The notes beneath the pieces were generated by a model. The model saw nothing but the letters and a program-made list of their open reading frames with translations. It made no database searches and was not told the DNA's origin. A stretch of 64,000 nucleotides of DNA from Eledone cirrhosa (Eukaryota). The position numbers and the translations under genes were made by a program. This document shows positions 56,001 through 64,000 of the stretch, in pieces. How positions within the stretch are numbered: the first letter of the stretch is position 1; the number at the start of each line of letters is the position of its first letter. Where the stretch lies: the NCBI GenBank assembly GCA_964016885.1, contig OZ024743.1:4898001-4962000 (forward strand). The letters are read 5' to 3'.

Positions 56001-59000
56001 ACCATCACCACCACCATCACCACTACCATCAACACTACCATCACCACTACCATCACCACCACCATCACCACTACCATCACCACTACCATCAACACTACCA
56101 TCAACACTACCATCGCCACCCCCATCAACACTACCATCACCACTACCATCACCACTACCATCACCACCACCATCAACACTACCATCACCACTACCATCAC
56201 CACCACCATCACCACTACCATCACTACTACCATCACCACTACCATCAACACTACCATCACCACTACCATCAACACTACCATCACCACTACCATCACCACC
56301 ACCATCAACACTACCATCACCACCACCATCATCACTACCATCACCACTACCATCACCGCCACCATCAACACTACCATCACCACCAGCATCAACACTACCA
56401 TCACCACTACCATCACCACTACCATCAACACTACCATCACCACTACCATCACCACCACCATCAACACTACCATCACCAGCACCATCATCACTACCATCAC
56501 CACTACCATCACCACTACCATCAACACTACCATCACCACTACCATCAACACTACCATCAACACTACCATCACCACTACCATCACCACCACCATCAACACT
56601 ACCATCACCACCACCATCAACACTACCATCACCACCACCATCAACACTACCATCACCACTACCATCAACACTACCATCAACACTACCATCAACACTACCA
56701 TCAACACTACCATCACCACTACCATCATTACTACCATCACCACTACCATCACCACCACCATCAACACTACCATCACCACCACCATCAACACTACCATCAC
56801 CACCACCATCAACACTACCATGACCACCACCATCAACACTACCATCACCTCTACCATCAACACTACCATCACCACTACCATCATCACTACCATCACCACT
56901 ACCATCACCACCACCATCACCACTACCATGACCACCACCATCAACTCTACCATCACCACTACCATCAACACTACCATCACCACTACCATCATCACTACCA
57001 TCACCACTACCATCACCACCACCATCACCACTACCATCAACACTACCATCACCACTACCATCATCACTACCATCACCACTACCATCACCACCACCATCAA
57101 CACTACCATCACCACCACCATCAACACTACCATGACCACCACCATCAACTCTACCATCACCACTACCATCAACACTACCATCACCACTACCATCATCACT
57201 ACCATCACCACTACCATCACCACCACCATCAACACTACCATCACCACCACCATCAACACTACCATGACCACCACCATCAACACTACCATCACCACTACCA
57301 TCAACACTACCATCACCACTACCATCATCACTACCATCACTACTACCATCACCACCACCATCAACACTACCATCACCACCACCATCAAAACTACCATGAC
57401 CACCACCATCAACACTACCATCACCACTACCATCGCCACCACCATCAACACTACCATCACCACTACCATCACCACTACCATCACCACCCCCATCAACACT
57501 ACCATCACCACTACCATCACCACCACCATCACCACTACCATCACCACTACCATCACCACTACCATCAACACTACCATCACCACTACCATCAACACTACCA
57601 TCACCACTACCATCACCACCACCATCAACACTACCATCACCACCACCATCATCACTACCATCACCACTACCATCACCGCCACCATCAACACTACCATCAC
57701 CACCACCATCAACACTACCATCACCACTACCATCACCACTACCATCACCACCACCATCAACACTACCATCACCACTACCATCACCACTACCATCAACACT
57801 ACCATCACCACTACCATCACCACCACCATCAACACTACCATCACCAGCACCATCATCACTACCATCACCACTACCATCACCACTACCATCAACACTACCA
57901 TCACCACTACCATCAACACTACCATCAACACTACCATCACCACTACCATCACCACCACCATCAACACTACCATCACCACCACCATCACCACCACCATCAA
58001 CACTACCATCACCACCACCATCAACACTACCATGACCACCACCATCAACACTACCATCACCACTACCATCAACACTACCATCACCACTACCATCATCACT
58101 ACCATCACCTCTACCATCACCACCACCATCAACACTACCATCACCACCACCATCAACACTACCATGACCATCACCATCAACTCTACCATCACCACTACCA
58201 TCAACACTACCATCACCACTACCATCATCACTACCATCACCACTACCATCACCACCACCATCAACACTACCATCACCACCACCATCAACACTACCATGAC
58301 CACCACCATCAACACTACCATCACCACTACCATCAACACTACCATCACCACTACCATCATCACTACCATCACCACTACCATCACCACCACCATCAACACT
58401 ACCATCACCACCACCATCAACACTACCATGACCACCACCATCAACACTACCATCACCACTACCATCAACACTACCATCACCACTACCATCATCACTACCA
58501 TCACCACTACCATCACCACCACCATCAACACTACCATCACCACTACCATCACCACTACCATCACCACCACCATCACCACTACCATCAACACTACCATCAC
58601 CACTACCATCACCACTACCATCAACACTACCATCACCACTACCATCATCACTACCATCACCACTACCATCACCACCACCATCAACACTACCATCACCACT
58701 ACCATCACCACTACCATCACCACCACCATCACCACTACCATCAACACTACCATCACCACTACCATCACCACCACCATCACCACTACCATCACCACCAACA
58801 TCACCACTACCATCACCACCACCATCACCACTACCATCACCACTACCATCAACACTACCATCAACACTACCATCGCCACCACCATCAACACTACCATCAC
58901 CACTACCATCACCACCACCATCAACACTACCATCACCACTACCATCACCACCACCATCACCACTACCATCACCACTACCATCACCACTACCATCAACACT

Positions 59001-62000
59001 ACCATCACCACTACCATCAACACTACCATCACCACTACCATCACCACCACCATCAACACTACCATCACCACCACCATCATCACTACCATCACCACTACCA
59101 TCACCGCCACCATCAACACTACCATCACCACCACCATCAACACTACCATCACCACTACCATCACCACTACCATCAACACTACCATCACCACTACCATCAC
59201 CACCACCATCAACACTACCATCACCACCACCATCAACACTACCATCACCACCACCATCAACACTACCATCACCACTACCATCAACACTACCATCAACACT
59301 ACCATCAACACTACCATCAACACTACCATCACCACTACCATCATTACTACCATCACCACTACCATCACCACCACCATCAACACTACCATCACCACCACCA
59401 TCAACACTACCATCACCACCACCATCAACACTACCATGACCACCACCATCAACACTACCATCACCACTACCATCAACACTACCATCACCACTACCATCAT
59501 CACTACCATCACCTCTACCATCACCACCACCATCAACACTACCATCACCACTACCATCAACACTACCATCAACACTACCATGACCACCACCATCAACACT
59601 ACCATCACCACTACCATCAACACTACCATCACCACTACCATCATCACTACCATCACCTCTACCATCACCACCACCATCAACACTACCATCACCACCACCA
59701 TCACCACCACCATCAACACTACCATGACCACCACCATCAACTCTACCATCACCACTACCATCAACACTACCATCACCACCACCATCAACACTACCATCAC
59801 CACCACCATCAACACTACCATGACCACCACCATCAACTCTACCATCACCACTACCATCAACACTACCATCACCACTACCATCATCACTACCATCACCACT
59901 ACCATCACCACCACCATCAACACTACCATCACCACTACCATCACCACCACCATCAACACTACCATCACCACCACCATCAACACTACCATGACCACCACCA
60001 TCAACTCTACCATCACCACTACCATCAACACTACCATCACCACTACCATCATCACTACCATCACCTCTACCATCACCACCACCATCAACACTACCATCAC
60101 CACCACCATCAACACTACCATGACCACCACCATCAACTCTACCATCACCACTACCATCAACACTACCATCACCACTACCATCATCACTACCATCACCACT
60201 ACCATCACCACCACCATCAACACTACCATCACCACTACCATCACCACCACCATCAACACTACCATCACCACCACCATCAACACTACCATCACCACCACCA
60301 TCAACTCTACCATCACCACTACCATCAACACTACCATCACCACTACCATCATCACTACCATCACCACTACCATCACCACCACCATCAACACTACCATCAC
60401 CACCACAATCAACACTACCATCACCACTACCATCAACACTACCATCACCACTACCATCATCACTACCATCACTACTACCATCACCACCACCATCAACACT
60501 ACCATCACCACCACCATCAAAACTACCATGACCACCACCATCAACACTACCATCACCACTACCATCAACACTACCATCACCACTACCATCATCACTACCA
60601 TCACCACTACCATCACCACCACCATCAACACTACCATCACCACTACCATCACCACTACCATCACCACCACCATCACCACTACCATCAACACTACCATCAC
60701 CACTACCATCACCACCACCATCACCACTACCATCACCACCACCATCACCACTACCATCACCACCACCATCACCACTACCATCACCACTACCATCAACACT
60801 ACCATCAACACTACCATCGCCACCACCATCAACACTACCATCACCACTACCATCACCACTACCATCACCACCACCATCAACACTACCATCACCACTACCA
60901 TCACCACCACCATCACCACTACCATCACCACTACCATCACCACTACCATCAACACTACCATCACCACTACCATCAACACTACCATCACCACTACCATCAC
61001 CACCACCATCAACACTACCATCACCACCACCATCATCACTACCATCACCACTACCATCACCGCCACCATCAACACTACCATCACCACCACCATCAACACT
61101 ACCATCACCACTACCATCACCACTACCATCAACACTACCATCACCACTACCATCACCACCACCATCAACACTACCATCACCAGCACCATCATCACTACCA
61201 TCACCACCACCATCAACAATACCATCACCACCACCATCAACACTACCATCACCACTACCATCAACACTACCATCAACACTACCATCAACACTACCATCAA
61301 CACTACCATCACCACTACCATCATTACTACCATCACCACTACCATCACCACCACCATCAACACTACCATCACCACCACCATCAACACTACCATCACCACC
61401 ACCATCAACACTACCATGACCACCACCATCAACACTACCATCACCTCTACCATGAACACTACCATCACCACTACCATCATAACTACCATCACCTCTACCA
61501 TCACCACCACCATCACCACTACCATGACCACCACCATCAACTCTACCATCACCACTACCATCAACACTACCATCACCACTACCATCATCACTACCATAAC
61601 CACTACCATCACCACCACCATCACCACTACCATCAACACTACCATCACCACTACCATCATCACTACCATCACCACTACCATCACCACCACCATCAACACT
61701 ACCATCACCACCACCATCAACACTACCATGACCACCACCATCAACTCTACCATCACCACTACCATCAACACTACCATCACCACTACCATCATCACTACCA
61801 TCACCACTACCATCACCACCACCATCAACACTACCATCACCACCACCATCAACACTACCATGACCACCACCATCAACACTACCATCACGACTACCATCAA
61901 CACTACCATCACCACTACCATCACCACTACCATCAACACTACCATCACCACTACCATCATCACTACCATCACCACTACCATCACCACCACCATCAACACT

Positions 62001-64000
62001 ACCATCACCACCACCATCAACACTACCATGACCACCACCATCACTACTACCATCACCACCACCATCAACACTACCATCACCACCACCATCAACTCTACCA
62101 TCACCACTACCATCAACACTACCATCACCACTACCATCATCACTACCATCACCTCTACCATCACCACCACCATCAACACTACCATCACCACCACCATCAA
62201 CACTACCATGACCACCACCATCAACTCTACCATCACCACTACCATCAACACTACCATCACCACTACCATCATCACTACCATCACCACTACCATCACCACC
62301 ACCATCAACACTACCATCACCACTACCATCACCACCACCATCAACACTACCATCACAACCACCATCAACACTACCATGACCACCACCATCAACTCTACCA
62401 TCACCACTACCATCAACACTACCATCACCACTACCATCATCACTACCATCAGCACTACCATCACCACCACCATCAACACTACCATCACCACCACAATCAA
62501 CACTACCATCACCACTACCATCAACACTACCATCACCACTACCATCATCACTACCATCACTACTACCATCACCACCACCATCAACACTACCATCACCACC
62601 ACCATCAAAACTACCATGATCACCACCATCAACACTACCATCACCACTACCATCAACACTACCATCACCACTACCATCATCACTACCATCACCACTACCA
62701 TCACCACCACCATCAACACTACCATCACCACTACCATCACCACTACCATCACCACCACCATCACCACTACCATCAACACTACCATCACCACTACCATCAC
62801 CACCACCATCACCACTACCATCACCACCACCATCACCACTACCATCACCACCACCATCACCACTACCATCACCACTACCATCAACACTACCATCAACACT
62901 ACCATCGCCACCACCATCAACACTACCATCACCACTACCATCACCACTACCATCACCACCACCATCAACACTACCATCACCACTACCATCACCACCACCA
63001 TCACCACTACCATCACCACTACCATCACCACTACCATCAACACTACCATCACCACTACCATCAACACTACCATCACCACTACCATCACCACCACCATCAA
63101 CACTACCATCACCACCACCATCATCACTACCATCACCACTACCATCACCGCCACCATCAACACTACCATCACCACCACCATCAACACTACCATCACCACT
63201 ACCATCACCACTACCATCAACACTACCATCACCACTACCATCACCACCACCATCAACACTACCATCACCAGCACCATCATCACTACCATCACCACCACCA
63301 TCAACAATACCATCACCACCACCATCAACACTACCATCACCACTACCATCAACACTACCATCAACACTACCATCAACACTACCATCAACACTACCATCAC
63401 CACTACCATCATTACTACCATCACCACTACCATCACCACCACCATCAACACTACCATCGCCACCACCATCAACACTACCATCACCACCACCATCAACACT
63501 ACCATGACCACCACCATCAACACTACCATCACCTCTACCATGAACACTACCATCACCACTACCATCATAACTACCATCACCTCTACCATCACCACCACCA
63601 TCACCACTACCATGACCACCACCATCAACTCTACCATCACCACTACCATCAACACTACCATCACCACTACCATCATCACTACCATAACCACTACCATCAC
63701 CACCACCATCACCACTACCATCAACACTACCATCACCACTACCATCATCACTACCATCACCACTACCATCACCACCACCATCAACACTACCATCACCACC
63801 ACCATCAACACTACCATGACCACCACCATCAACTCTACCATCACCACTACCATCAACACTACCATCACCACTACCATCATCACTACCATCACCACTACCA
63901 TCACCACCACCATCAACACTACCATCACCACCACCATCAACACTACCATGACCACCACCATCAACACTACAATCACGACTACCATCAACACTACCATCAC
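41051..64000. repeat. Giant 12-bp satellite, consensus ACTACCATCACC / ACTACCATCAAC, with higher-order repeats; runs off the window end
   Basis: About 23 kb of continuous monomers with variants ACCACCATCACC, ACTACCATCATC, ACTACCATGACC and AACTCT. Rare variants recur at 132-, 2088- and 4104-bp spacing. Confidence 0.97.

Noticed and set aside
40492-64000. Minus-strand ORFs of 6233, 2223 and 1419 aa (MVVV / DGSG repeats) and the His-rich + ORF
   Set aside because: They are translations of a triplet-based satellite. They switch repeat register at 1-bp slips and contain no unique domain.

Overview
AT-rich, microsatellite-dense eukaryotic DNA with no intact protein-coding gene that I can support. 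The dominant tRNA-headed SINE family resembles octopod (coleoid cephalopod) SINEs, so an octopus-like genome is the likely source; this is inferred from repeat similarity and not confirmed. Bases 1-40.5 kb are a patchwork of (TA)n/(CA)n/(GA)n/(GAA)n tracts, more than 15 SINE copies, four decayed RTE-clade LINE fragments, several hAT and Tc1/mariner-type MITEs, fold-back palindromes and a 28-bp minisatellite. The best-defined element is a young, 5'-truncated Penelope-like retroelement at about 29.94-33.15 kb, inserted in (TA)n. It has a C-terminal GIY-YIG endonuclease remnant with a CxCx5Cx5C linker (Naiad-like) and ~700-bp inverted pLTRs, each carrying a well-paired minimal hammerhead ribozyme fold. 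From about 40.5 kb to the window end lies a >23-kb (ACC)-derived 12-bp satellite with nested 3/12/132/2088/4104-bp periodicity. The giant ORFs in the ORF track are by-products of this satellite and of the microsatellites.
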